Below, one piece after another: positions 1 through 8,345 of a DNA stretch of 30,821 nt. Positions within the stretch are counted from its first letter, which is position 1; each line of letters begins with the position of its first letter. The notes beneath the pieces were generated by a model. That model searched no databases. It had not been told where the DNA came from and saw only the letters and a program-made list of their open reading frames with translations. Origin of the DNA: Candidatus Iainarchaeum sp. (GTDB taxonomy: Archaea; Iainarchaeota; Iainarchaeia; Iainarchaeales; JAFCCJ01). The position numbers were made by a program, and so were the translations under genes. The stretch covers positions 1 to 30,821 of the forward strand of contig JBDRHK010000072.1 in NCBI GenBank assembly GCA_043816965.1, read 5' to 3'.

Positions 1-2
1 CT

Positions 3-2849
3 GGCTATACCCAATTCACCGCAACAGCCTACAGCACCGCAACAGGCTATGGCTGGGAAAACACCTCCAGCATCTATGCCGACACAAGGTCATCAGGAAA
101 CGATTTGGAAATAGACATGCACCAGATAGATGCAGAAAAGCGGTTCTTTGTTGATGTTCCTGATGGCACTTACAATGTTACATTGCATTTCTATGATGCG
201 TCATTTGGCCAGCTGGGAATAAATGTCGATATTGAATCTGCTAATGTAATAAGCAACTTCAACCTCAATACCGCAACCCACATAACCCGGACATTCGAAA
301 CATCAGTTACTGATTCCCAATTGACAATAAGGATTTACAGCTCAATAGGCGCAGGAATGATACTGAACGGTTTGGAAGTTGAGGAGATAGGGGGCTGCAA
401 CGATGGGGCAACAAGAATCTGCGACACAGGCCTGCAGGGAGCCTGCTCTGCAGGGGAGCAGACCTGCTCAAATGAAATCTGGGGCATCTGCGGGCAAATA
501 GTTTTTCCATCTGCCGAAATCTGTGGAAATGGAATTGATGAGGATTGCGACGGTTCTGATCTGCAATGCCCATCAGGAGATGGAGTAATTTTTGAGGATG
601 ATTTCGAGGGATGGACTGATTTTTACCCTGCAGAAGAAAACGTAATTTGGGACACCCGAAACGGCTCCACTGCAAATATAGCGACCGCCTCAAATGGGAA
701 GTGGTGCAATGGCATGGACTGGAATGAGTATGGGCTGCCTGACACACAGGTAATCACTTCGCAGGGAAGAAACAATAGTTCAAGCCTTGTAGGGAATATT
801 GAGTCCAGAGTACAGCCTGCCGCGGGCCTGACTACAATACTCCAGGACAGAACCCATGACGAACTATATTTCAGGTGGTATACAAAATACGATCCTGAAT
901 GGGGATGGTGGCCAAGTCAAACTTCACAAAAGTTGGCACGAATAAGATGGACCCCGGAGGGCTCAGAATGTTATGTGTCTGATCCTGATGATATTATCCC
1001 AATATTTGCCTGGGGGAATATGGTTCATGCAATATTTCCGGTTCAGGGCGTTACGCCGACAGTTTACTCCAGCCCTGAAGCTTTGTGGTCCAATTATGGT
1101 CCAGATAATTGGATTTCTCTTGAATTTTATGTTAAGTTAAATGACCTTGGACAGAGTAACGGGGTTTTAACTTCTTGGATAAATGGGGTGAAAGTTTTGC
1201 ATAGTGACGAGGTATTTCTCAGACAATCAGATACTCATATAAATAGCTTCAACATTGGAGATAACATCATCTACACCAACGCAGCAGGAAGTTCCGGTGT
1301 TCCGTGGTTCCCTCCTGAGGAGAGGCAGATATGGTGGGATGATATTGTGGTTTCCACCAATTACATCGGTCCCGAGTCTTGCCCTGACGGAACAGAAATC
1401 ACCCTGGAAAATGTCGGTCCCTGCTACTGCGGCGGTTCACCGAACCCGGGAGATACGAGCAATGTTTACACATCCGGCTACTGCTGTTCCGGAGCATGGC
1501 AGTCATCTTCCTGCTCCGCGCAGTGCACAGAGAGTTGGAGCTGCACCACGTGGAGCTCCTGCGTCAACAACCAGCAAACTCGCACATGTACTGATGCGAA
1601 TGATTGCGGAACCACAAATAACAAGCCTGCTGAATTGCAGAGCTGCTCGCTTCCGGGAGAAGGAGTAATTTTCGAGGATAATTTTGATGGCTGGCATGAA
1701 ATTGATACTGATTATCCTGGCGTTTTATGCGACGGCAATGATAATATTGAACTATGCAGGCCTGAAGGAAGTGAGTGGTGCGGATTTTCCCCTTATAGCT
1801 GGAGTGATTATGGATTGCCTGACTCCCAGGTTAAGTCTAATGGCGGAAGATTTGGAAGCAATTCTTTAGTAAGCAATATTGAGAGCAGGATCCAGCCTAC
1901 AGGAAGCCTTACTGGTTGGATTCCAGAGAAAAATCATGATGAACTGTATTTCCGCTGGTACCTGAAATACGACCCAACCTGGAGCTGGTGGCCAGAACAA
2001 AACGGGCAGAAACTGGCAAGAATACAGTGGAATCCTGAAGGAACAGAGTGCGGTGCTTTAACAGAATATGCTAAATCCGCATGGAATTGGGGGAGAATGG
2101 TCTATTACATAGGTGGAACAATACCAACAATATATTCTGACCCTGAGGTTTATTGGTATGATTATGAACCAGGAAATTGGATTTTACTCGAGAATTATAT
2201 TAAGCTTAACACAGTAGGGGAGAGTAATGGGGTTCTATCCTCCTGGATTGATGGGAAAAAAGTTCTCCATATTGAAAATATGGAATTAAGGACAAGCGAT
2301 GTCCATCTCAATAAAATCGCATTCCCAGGCAATATAATCTACACCAACCAGCCAGGCTCATCAGGTGTTCCCTGGTTTCCGCCCGAGGAAAAGCAGCTTT
2401 GGACCGATGATTTCGTTATAAGCACCAACTACATTGGCCCGGAACCATGCCCTGATGGAACAAAAATTACAATGGAAAATGTCGGCGCATGCTACTGTGG
2501 TACAAGTTATGCATCGCCAGACTGCAATGCTACAGACCCTTCAGCCTGCACAGGAATAGTCGATTCCGGCTACTGCTGCAACAATTCCTGGCAGGAAAAT
2601 GCATGCACCCCTCCCGAGGAGTGTTTGGTTGATGTCGATGCATGCACAATCTCTCTCGGAACTTTAGACAATTGCTCGCAGGATAATTTGGTTTACCAGT
2701 ATGAAGTAAACACGACAGTTGAAAACACAGTTATTGGGCTGCAGGAAAACAAAAGTTACGATATTAAAATCGAGAATTTAACTGTAGAAACCGAACAAAA
2801 CATCTCCCGAAATTCAAATTCAGAAGGAGTGCTGGAATTCAGCAGCTGA
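3..2849 (+). CDS. Large Cys-rich extracellular/surface protein, 5'-truncated by the window edge: carbohydrate-binding-like domain, Cys-rich repeat, two tandem lectin/polysaccharide-lyase-like beta-sandwich domains
   Basis: The frame is open from nt 3 (GYTQFTATAYSTATGYGWEN...), so the TTG at 105 is not the real start. GYGW...FFVDVPDGTYNVTLHF resembles malectin/galactose-binding-like domains. EICGNGIDEDCDG is a Cys/Asp-rich repeat. Two copies of IFED.F.GW...ELYFRWY.KYD..W.W...W...E.Y.KLN..G.SNG.L..WI.G are present. Confidence 0.7.
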   Translation, partial: GYTQFTATAYSTATGYGWENTSSIYADTRSSGNDLEIDMHQIDAEKRFFVDVPDGTYNVTLHFYDASFGQLGINVDIESANVISNFNLNTATHITRTFETSVTDSQLTIRIYSSIGAGMILNGLEVEEIGGCNDGATRICDTGLQGACSAGEQTCSNEIWGICGQIVFPSAEICGNGIDEDCDGSDLQCPSGDGVIFEDDFEGWTDFYPAEENVIWDTRNGSTANIATASNGKWCNGMDWNEYGLPDTQVITSQGRNNSSSLVGNIESRVQPAAGLTTILQDRTHDELYFRWYTKYDPEWGWWPSQTSQKLARIRWTPEGSECYVSDPDDIIPIFAWGNMVHAIFPVQGVTPTVYSSPEALWSNYGPDNWISLEFYVKLNDLGQSNGVLTSWINGVKVLHSDEVFLRQSDTHINSFNIGDNIIYTNAAGSSGVPWFPPEERQIWWDDIVVSTNYIGPESCPDGTEITLENVGPCYCGGSPNPGDTSNVYTSGYCCSGAWQSSSCSAQCTESWSCTTWSSCVNNQQTRTCTDANDCGTTNNKPAELQSCSLPGEGVIFEDNFDGWHEIDTDYPGVLCDGNDNIELCRPEGSEWCGFSPYSWSDYGLPDSQVKSNGGRFGSNSLVSNIESRIQPTGSLTGWIPEKNHDELYFRWYLKYDPTWSWWPEQNGQKLARIQWNPEGTECGALTEYAKSAWNWGRMVYYIGGTIPTIYSDPEVYWYDYEPGNWILLENYIKLNTVGESNGVLSSWIDGKKVLHIENMELRTSDVHLNKIAFPGNIIYTNQPGSSGVPWFPPEEKQLWTDDFVISTNYIGPEPCPDGTKITMENVGACYCGTSYASPDCNATDPSACTGIVDSGYCCNNSWQENACTPPEECLVDVDACTISLGTLDNCSQDNLVYQYEVNTTVENTVIGLQENKSYDIKIENLTVETEQNISRNSNSEGVLEFSS
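582..2606 (+). repeat. Internal tandem domain duplication (about 310 aa x2: 582-1514 and 1662-2606) separated by a thrombospondin-like Cys/Trp module (1524-1646)
   Basis: Both copies start GVIFED and contain GSSGVPWFPPEE and STNYIGPE.CPDGT.IT.ENVG.CYCG. The linker is CTESWSCTTWSSCVNNQQTRTCTDANDC. Confidence 0.9.
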
Positions 2850-2851
2850 AT

Positions 2852-3295
2852 TCATCCCTCCAAATCAGCAATCCCGTCAACCCTTCTTTTGTGCCTTTCA
2901 TCCCCGGAAAAAGGAGTGGCCAAAAAGGCATCAACAATCTGGATTACATCCTCTTCCTTCTGCAAACGCGCACCCAAGCATAGGACATTGGCATTATTGT
3001 GCTCCCTGGTTAATTTTGCCCCCTCAACTGTCCTGCAGGTGGCGGCCCTCACACCATTGACCTTATTTGATGCCATGCACATGCCCAAACCGGTGCCGCA
3101 CACTAATATTCCCAATGAGCCTTCTTCCCCAACAACCGCTTTCCCCACCTTCTCGGCAAAGACAGGGTAATCAACAGATTCAGTTGAATTGGCCCCTAAA
3201 TCCTCAACCTCATGGCCCTTTTCATTCAAATGCTTCTCAATATATTCCTTCATCTCAAAACCCGCATGGTCTGCCCCAATAAATACCTTCATCAT
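2852..3295 (-). CDS. rpiB: Ribose-5-phosphate isomerase B
   Basis: Motifs GADHAG, DYP, GILVCGTGLGM, NKVNGVRAA, REHNNANVLCLGAR and RHKRRV. GGTGAG SD lies upstream. The start could be the second Met (3292). Confidence 0.97.
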   Translation of the reverse strand: MMKVFIGADHAGFEMKEYIEKHLNEKGHEVEDLGANSTESVDYPVFAEKVGKAVVGEEGSLGILVCGTGLGMCMASNKVNGVRAATCRTVEGAKLTREHNNANVLCLGARLQKEEDVIQIVDAFLATPFSGDERHKRRVDGIADLEG

Positions 3296-3360
3296 CTCAC
3301 CATTTCAATTTGTGGCACAAACGATTAAAATAATATACTTATCCTATTCTTTAGGGGCAG

Positions 3361-4083
3361 ATGATGATAGAGCTTAAAAACATCGATTTATGGCGCAGAA
3401 GCGTTGACGCAATCTCCTACTTCATTTCAGAGGGCAATTTCCGCTTTAACGACAAGGGCATCAGTTTTAAGGCAATGGACCCTAGCCAAATAGTCCTTGT
3501 TGAGTATGAAATGCCAAAATCCGCATTTGATAAGTTCAATATTGAGCCCAATTATGCCGGTGTTGATTTGGTTGAATTAAGCAAGATAATGTCAAGGGCT
3601 CTTCCAGAAGATAAAATGCTGATGGATTTGAATGACTCTGAGATGCATATAAAGTTCGATGGCACATTGGAAAGGTCATTCAAGCTTCCATTGCTGGACA
3701 TTTCTGAGGATGAAATCAAAACCCCAAAACACACTGCCGAGGCAACGGTGGAAATTGATTCAAGGATACTTAAAGAGGCTTTAAAGGACGCATCCCTTTT
3801 CGGGAGTTCTGTTGTTTTGAAAGTGAAAGGAAAACAATTTTTTGTTGAGGCAAGGGGCTCAGGCGGAGTTTTAAACACAGTCTCAAAAAATTCAGGGGTT
3901 AAGGTCACCTCAAGCAAGGACATTGTTTCAAAATATTCCCTCAACTTCCTCCAGAATATTGTGAAGGAAGCTGAGACAGGGGAAAAAGTGATTATGGAAC
4001 TAAAGACCGATGCCCCGATGAAGGTAAGCTATAAGATAGGAAAAAGCGACATAAAGTTTTACCTTGCCCACATGATTATCTGA
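3361..4083 (+). CDS. pcn: DNA polymerase sliding clamp PCNA
   Basis: 240 aa with AMDPSQIVLV, SKYSLNFL and C-terminal FYLAH(P). Adjacent to priL. Confidence 0.95.
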   Translation: MMIELKNIDLWRRSVDAISYFISEGNFRFNDKGISFKAMDPSQIVLVEYEMPKSAFDKFNIEPNYAGVDLVELSKIMSRALPEDKMLMDLNDSEMHIKFDGTLERSFKLPLLDISEDEIKTPKHTAEATVEIDSRILKEALKDASLFGSSVVLKVKGKQFFVEARGSGGVLNTVSKNSGVKVTSSKDIVSKYSLNFLQNIVKEAETGEKVIMELKTDAPMKVSYKIGKSDIKFYLAHMII

Positions 4084-4088
4084 TTATT

Positions 4089-5096
4089 ATGCTGCCGATT
4101 GAACAACTCTCCTTTGCGCAGAAATACCCTTTCAGCTCCCTATCCAGAAAAGTGGTTAAGGAAAATGACCTCTCCCTGGATAAGGTTCCGGAGGAGGTTC
4201 TTGCAAGGGCGAGGGAGATGGTAAATGCATCATATGGGAAGGGAAAATATTCCCCTGAAATAAGGAGGCACCACGAAATCCTGATTAATGAAATCCTCGC
4301 ATACCCTGTTGCGAAGATTTTGGTGTCGCTAATCAACAGCGACAGGCTGAATGAGAAATTCGCCTCAATGCTCTCAAATTCAGTTTTCCAGAATCTAGAG
4401 AAGGGCAAGGATGAGATTATTTTCGACATTTCCTCTGAACTGGGCGCCAAGGCCCAAAGGATTGTAAACGGCAATATTTTTGCAAAACTTAAGATTATGG
4501 ATTTCCTTGTCGTTGATGGAAAAAGGAATGATCTGAAACTGGTTAACCTTTCGGTTGAAAAGGGAAATGTGTTCCTCAACAGGAATGATTTTGCCAGGTT
4601 TGTTTCACTTCTTGCAGAAAAGAAGTTGCTGGATTCCCTTCCTGTGGATGTCTCCTCAGTCCCTGATAAATTTATATCGCTTGCTGAGGAGCTTGGAAAA
4701 AAGAAATTCGCCGCAAGGAGAAAGAGCTATGGCCTGGCGCTGACAGGAAAGGTAAACCCTGATTTTTTCCCTGAGTGCTATGCCGAACTCTATGGCAACC
4801 TGCTTGCAGGAAAAAACCTGACGCATTTGGCGAGGTTTGACCTTGCGGTTTTTCTAAGTGCAATAGGCATGGGAAAGGAAGAGATTATTGATTTGTTCAG
4901 GAATGCTCCAAATTTCAATGAAGGAACCACCACCTATCAGATTGACAGGCTGATAAAGGCAAAATATTCCGCACCAAGCTGCTCAAAGCTGCGCACCCAT
5001 AAGGTGTGTAAAAGTGACTGCAATGTTAAGCACCCTGTACAGTACTACGAGAATCAGATAATGCAGCAGAAATCCTCTCAGGCAAAAGCCTCTTAA
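4089..5096 (+). CDS. priL: DNA primase large (regulatory) subunit
   Basis: N-terminal KYPF. C-terminal Fe-S domain FFPEC...H.ARF.L..FL...APNF....T.YQI...YSAPSC.KL....VC...C...HP..YY. Confidence 0.92.
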   Translation: MLPIEQLSFAQKYPFSSLSRKVVKENDLSLDKVPEEVLARAREMVNASYGKGKYSPEIRRHHEILINEILAYPVAKILVSLINSDRLNEKFASMLSNSVFQNLEKGKDEIIFDISSELGAKAQRIVNGNIFAKLKIMDFLVVDGKRNDLKLVNLSVEKGNVFLNRNDFARFVSLLAEKKLLDSLPVDVSSVPDKFISLAEELGKKKFAARRKSYGLALTGKVNPDFFPECYAELYGNLLAGKNLTHLARFDLAVFLSAIGMGKEEIIDLFRNAPNFNEGTTTYQIDRLIKAKYSAPSCSKLRTHKVCKSDCNVKHPVQYYENQIMQQKSSQAKAS

Positions 5097-7776
5097 GCCC
5101 CCTATCGATGTATGGGACTGCCAGTGCTGCCAGGCTTAAGACAATTAGCCCGCCCCATTCAATTAATGAAAGAGGGACCATCCTGAAAAAATTAAGGTCA
5201 ATGGAATTTAGCGTAACCACAGGCAAAATATTTACCACCACAATCTGGAGCGCGAGTGAAATAGTAACCGCAACAATAATTGCCTTATTGGAGAAGAGGT
5301 TTATCTCATGGGGCAGTTTAACCTCACTCCTGCACGCAAATACAAACGTGAGTTCAAACAAAACAAGAGTGGTAAATGCCATTGTCCTTGCCTTGCTGGG
5401 GAGGCTTTCATCAAGAATCCCTGCAGCGTCAAATGATGAACCGTAAATGAATGCCCCTATTGAAACCATGGCTGCAAGAATTCCTGCAATCATGACAAAT
5501 GTGATGATTGGTTTCAGGATTTTTGTTTTCGGGTCTCTTGGAGGCCTTTTCATGGTGTCCCTTTCCGCCCCCTCAACACCAAGCGCAAGTGCAGGCAATG
5601 AATCTGTGGCAACATTTATCCAGAGTATCTGGACTGCAAGGAGTGGGGAAGGCATTCTCACTAAGGTTGCGAGCGCTATCAGCAAAACCTCGCCAAAATT
5701 TGCGGCAAGCAGATACTTTATAAAATTCTTTATATTTTCATAAATCCTCCTCCCTTCCCTGATGGCACTGACAATTGTTGCGAAATTATCGTCCTCCAAA
5801 ATCATGTCTGCCGATTCCTTTGTGACATCTGTCCCCTTAATCCCCATAGCTATCCCGACATCGGCCTTCTTCAGTGCGGGGGCGTCATTAACCCCGTCCC
5901 CTGTAACGGCCACTATTTCCCCCTGTTTCATCAGCTCCTCAACGATTTTGAATTTATGGTCAGGGTTGACCCTTGAGAAAATAGTGTGCTCCTTCACAGC
6001 CTTTGAAAACTCCCTGCCATTTAGATTGTCAAGTTCCAACCCTGTAATTGCCTTGCCCTCCAGCCCAATCTGCCCCCCAATCGCCCTTGCAGTTATTGGA
6101 TTATCTCCTGTGATTATTTTTATCGCAATTCCCGCATTTTTGCAGACAGCCACGGCGTTTTTTATTTCCTTTCTTGGAGGGTCCCTCATTGCGGAAAAAC
6201 CTGCAAAAATCAAATCAGACTCAATGTCCCCACCGCCCTTAACTTCCTTGAATGCAAACCCGAGCATTCTGTAGGCGTCTGATGCAAATTCCTCACTTAT
6301 CTTCAATAATTCTTTTTTCCTTTTATCATTCAGCGCGGCAATTTGGCCATTTTCAAAAATTTTAGAGGAAAGGGCAAGGATGCTTTCAGGAGCGCCCTTA
6401 ATATATGCGGTTTTATCGCCATTAACCGAATGGATAGTTGTCATCATCTTCCTTCCTGAATCAAACGGAATCTCATCAATTCTCCTTAGCTTGGTAAACT
6501 TCTTGGCCTTTGCCGCGGCAACAACAATTGCCGCCTCTGTCGGGTCACCAAATATGCTTCCCTTCTCCCCCAGCAGGGCATCATTGCAGTTCAGGCCTAT
6601 CTCCAGAACTTTGTTCAATGCAGATTCTTTATCAATATCAATTTCCCGCCCATTGAAAAGGAAATCCCCCTCAGGCAGATAGCCCTCTCCTGTAATTGCA
6701 TAGGTTTTATTGTCGGCAAAAATCCTCTCCACAACCATCTCATTTCTTGTTAGGGTTCCGGTTTTGTCTGTGCAGATGACAGTAATTGACCCCAGGGATT
6801 CAACAGACGGCATTCTTTTCACAATGGCATTCTTCGCCGCCATTTTTTGAACGCCAAGTGCAAGTGTTATTGTCACAACAGCAGGAAGTCCCTCAGGAAC
6901 TGCGGCAACCCAAAGCGCCACCGCACGCAGCATTGTTCCGGAAAAGTCAGTGGTTTCGGCAATTCCGTAAAAAAGTTCAAGGGCAACAATCAGCAAAACA
7001 ACAACAGTTATTGCAATAGCAAGCTGCTTTGCAAGAACCTCGAGCCTTTTTTTCAGGGGAGTTTCCTCCTGCTTAATCTCCTTTATCAGCCCCGCAATAT
7101 TCCCAAATTCGGTTTCAGCCCCTGTTGCTATCACCACCCCCATTCCCCTCCCGTAAACCACAGGGGTATTGGAAAATGCTATGTTTTTCATTTCGGAAAT
7201 GGCTTTCTTCCCGTTAAGTTCCCCGACATCTTTCAGGACAGATTCGCTTTCACCTGTAAGCAGGGCCTCATCAATCTTAAGGTTGAACCCCTCAATCAAT
7301 CTCAAATCCGCAGGAACCTTATCCCCTGTTTCAAGGAAAACAATATCCCCAGGCACCAAATTTTCGGCATTGATTTTTGATTTCCTGCCGTTTCTCAAAA
7401 CAGTTGCAGTTGCAGGAACCATCCTTTTCAAAGCTTCCATGGCTTTCTCAGCCTTAAATTCCTGCCAGAAACCAAGGACCGCAATTATCATGACAATCGC
7501 CGCAATCAGGATGGCATCTATTGTGTGTTCCTCCCCGCCCATAATTATCAGGAGAACCAGTGCAAGAATTAGTATTATCACAAAAAGGCTCTTGAACTGG
7601 GCAATGAAAAGTTTTAGTGCGGAAAACCTTTTTGCCACTGGCAGTTTGTTCAGTCCAAATTTACCAATCCTTTTCTGTGCCTCGCTTTCCGAAAGGCCAT
7701 TTAAGGAGGAATCCATCTTCTCAAATGTTTTCGTGATTCCAAGGCAGCAGAATTCCTGTGAGGCTTTCTCGTGCAT
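5026..7776 (-). CDS. Cation-transporting P-type ATPase, type IIA (Ca2+-ATPase-like)
   Basis: Motifs LTGES, VPEGL, ICTDKTGTLT (phosphorylated Asp), KGAPE, TGDN, TGDGVNDAPALKKAD and QILWINVATDSLPALAL. Its 3' end overlaps priL convergently by 71 nt. Confidence 0.95.
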   Translation of the reverse strand: MHEKASQEFCCLGITKTFEKMDSSLNGLSESEAQKRIGKFGLNKLPVAKRFSALKLFIAQFKSLFVIILILALVLLIIMGGEEHTIDAILIAAIVMIIAVLGFWQEFKAEKAMEALKRMVPATATVLRNGRKSKINAENLVPGDIVFLETGDKVPADLRLIEGFNLKIDEALLTGESESVLKDVGELNGKKAISEMKNIAFSNTPVVYGRGMGVVIATGAETEFGNIAGLIKEIKQEETPLKKRLEVLAKQLAIAITVVVLLIVALELFYGIAETTDFSGTMLRAVALWVAAVPEGLPAVVTITLALGVQKMAAKNAIVKRMPSVESLGSITVICTDKTGTLTRNEMVVERIFADNKTYAITGEGYLPEGDFLFNGREIDIDKESALNKVLEIGLNCNDALLGEKGSIFGDPTEAAIVVAAAKAKKFTKLRRIDEIPFDSGRKMMTTIHSVNGDKTAYIKGAPESILALSSKIFENGQIAALNDKRKKELLKISEEFASDAYRMLGFAFKEVKGGGDIESDLIFAGFSAMRDPPRKEIKNAVAVCKNAGIAIKIITGDNPITARAIGGQIGLEGKAITGLELDNLNGREFSKAVKEHTIFSRVNPDHKFKIVEELMKQGEIVAVTGDGVNDAPALKKADVGIAMGIKGTDVTKESADMILEDDNFATIVSAIREGRRIYENIKNFIKYLLAANFGEVLLIALATLVRMPSPLLAVQILWINVATDSLPALALGVEGAERDTMKRPPRDPKTKILKPIITFVMIAGILAAMVSIGAFIYGSSFDAAGILDESLPSKARTMAFTTLVLFELTFVFACRSEVKLPHEINLFSNKAIIVAVTISLALQIVVVNILPVVTLNSIDLNFFRMVPLSLIEWGGLIVLSLAALAVPYIDRGLKRLLPERISAALSDSRSTVQGA

Positions 7777-7814
7777 GGGAATATAATGTGACTTCCTATA
7801 TTTAATAATTGTTT

Positions 7815-7970
7815 GCGCAAAATTTCCGGAAATTACGCAAAATTTAGGCCAAAAAATTGCGAAAAAATTTCAACAATAAATTTTTTTAAAAAATTCGCAA
7901 AAAAAATAAAAAAAAACTTAAATTTTGCCAAAAATCCGCGCAAAATCCGCAAATGATAAATTTAAATATA
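7815..7970. promoter_or_regulatory. A-tract array in the divergent promoter region between the ATPase and the H1-like gene, ending in TATA-like TTTAAATA (7961-7968)
   Basis: More than a dozen A(3-9) tracts, most followed by T, often preceded by GC/CGC (GCAAAATTT at 7817 and 7837), at roughly 10-14 bp spacing. Confidence 0.55.
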
Positions 7971-8043
7971 ACGTTTTACATCTTGTAATTAAATTATTGT
8001 TGAAATAATAAAAAAAATTAAAAATAAACTGAGGTGAAATGAA

Positions 8044-8241
8044 ATGGCAAAGAAAAAAACAGCGAGGAAGAAAGCGCCGGCAAAAAAGAAAGCAGCGCCA
8101 AAGAAAAAGACAACGAGAAGAAAAACAGTAAAGAAGAGAGCGCCGGCAAAAAAGAAAGCAGCGCCAAAAAGAAAGGCAAAGCGAAAAGCGCCAGCGAAAA
8201 AAGCAGCGCCAAAAAGAAAGGCAAAAAGGAAGAGAAAGTAG
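8044..8241 (+). CDS. Histone H1-like Lys/Arg/Ala/Pro-rich basic protein (65 aa)
   Basis: Strong SD GAGGTGA at 8031-8037. 37 of 65 residues are K/R and none are acidic. APAKK(K)AAPK occurs three times, with an exact 30-nt repeat at 8073-8102 and 8139-8168. Confidence 0.8.
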   Translation: MAKKKTARKKAPAKKKAAPKKKTTRRKTVKKRAPAKKKAAPKRKAKRKAPAKKAAPKRKAKRKRK

Positions 8242-8308
8242 ATTCCAGGACTTTAAAAAATAAAATAAATTTTTATGATCGGAATCTATTTCTCTTTTTT
8301 TATTTTTT
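8225..8308 (+). terminator. Long hairpin plus T-run ending the H1-like gene
   Basis: AAAGGAAGAGAAA(G)TAGATTCC (8225-8246) pairs with GGAATCTATTTCTCTTTTTTT (8281-8301), with one bulge and two G-U pairs, followed by TTTTTT. Confidence 0.65.
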
Positions 8309-8345
8309 AGATTTGTTTAAGAATATTTAGTGGCACTGTTTCTTA

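Noticed and set aside
5026..5096. 71-nt convergent overlap of priL and the ATPase as an antisense regulation signal
   Set aside because: The overlapping ATPase tail looks like non-conserved run-on. Short convergent overlaps recur in this window (15131-15141, 25647-25650).
8018..8224. Hydrophobic Leu/Phe/Ser-rich minus-strand ORF that looks like a membrane peptide
   Set aside because: It is the antisense shadow of the A-rich H1-like gene, which has the SD, ATG and terminator.
8073..8225. 30-nt direct repeats resembling a mini-CRISPR array
   Set aside because: The repeats are in frame, encode APAKKKAAPK, have only two exact copies, and there are no cas genes.
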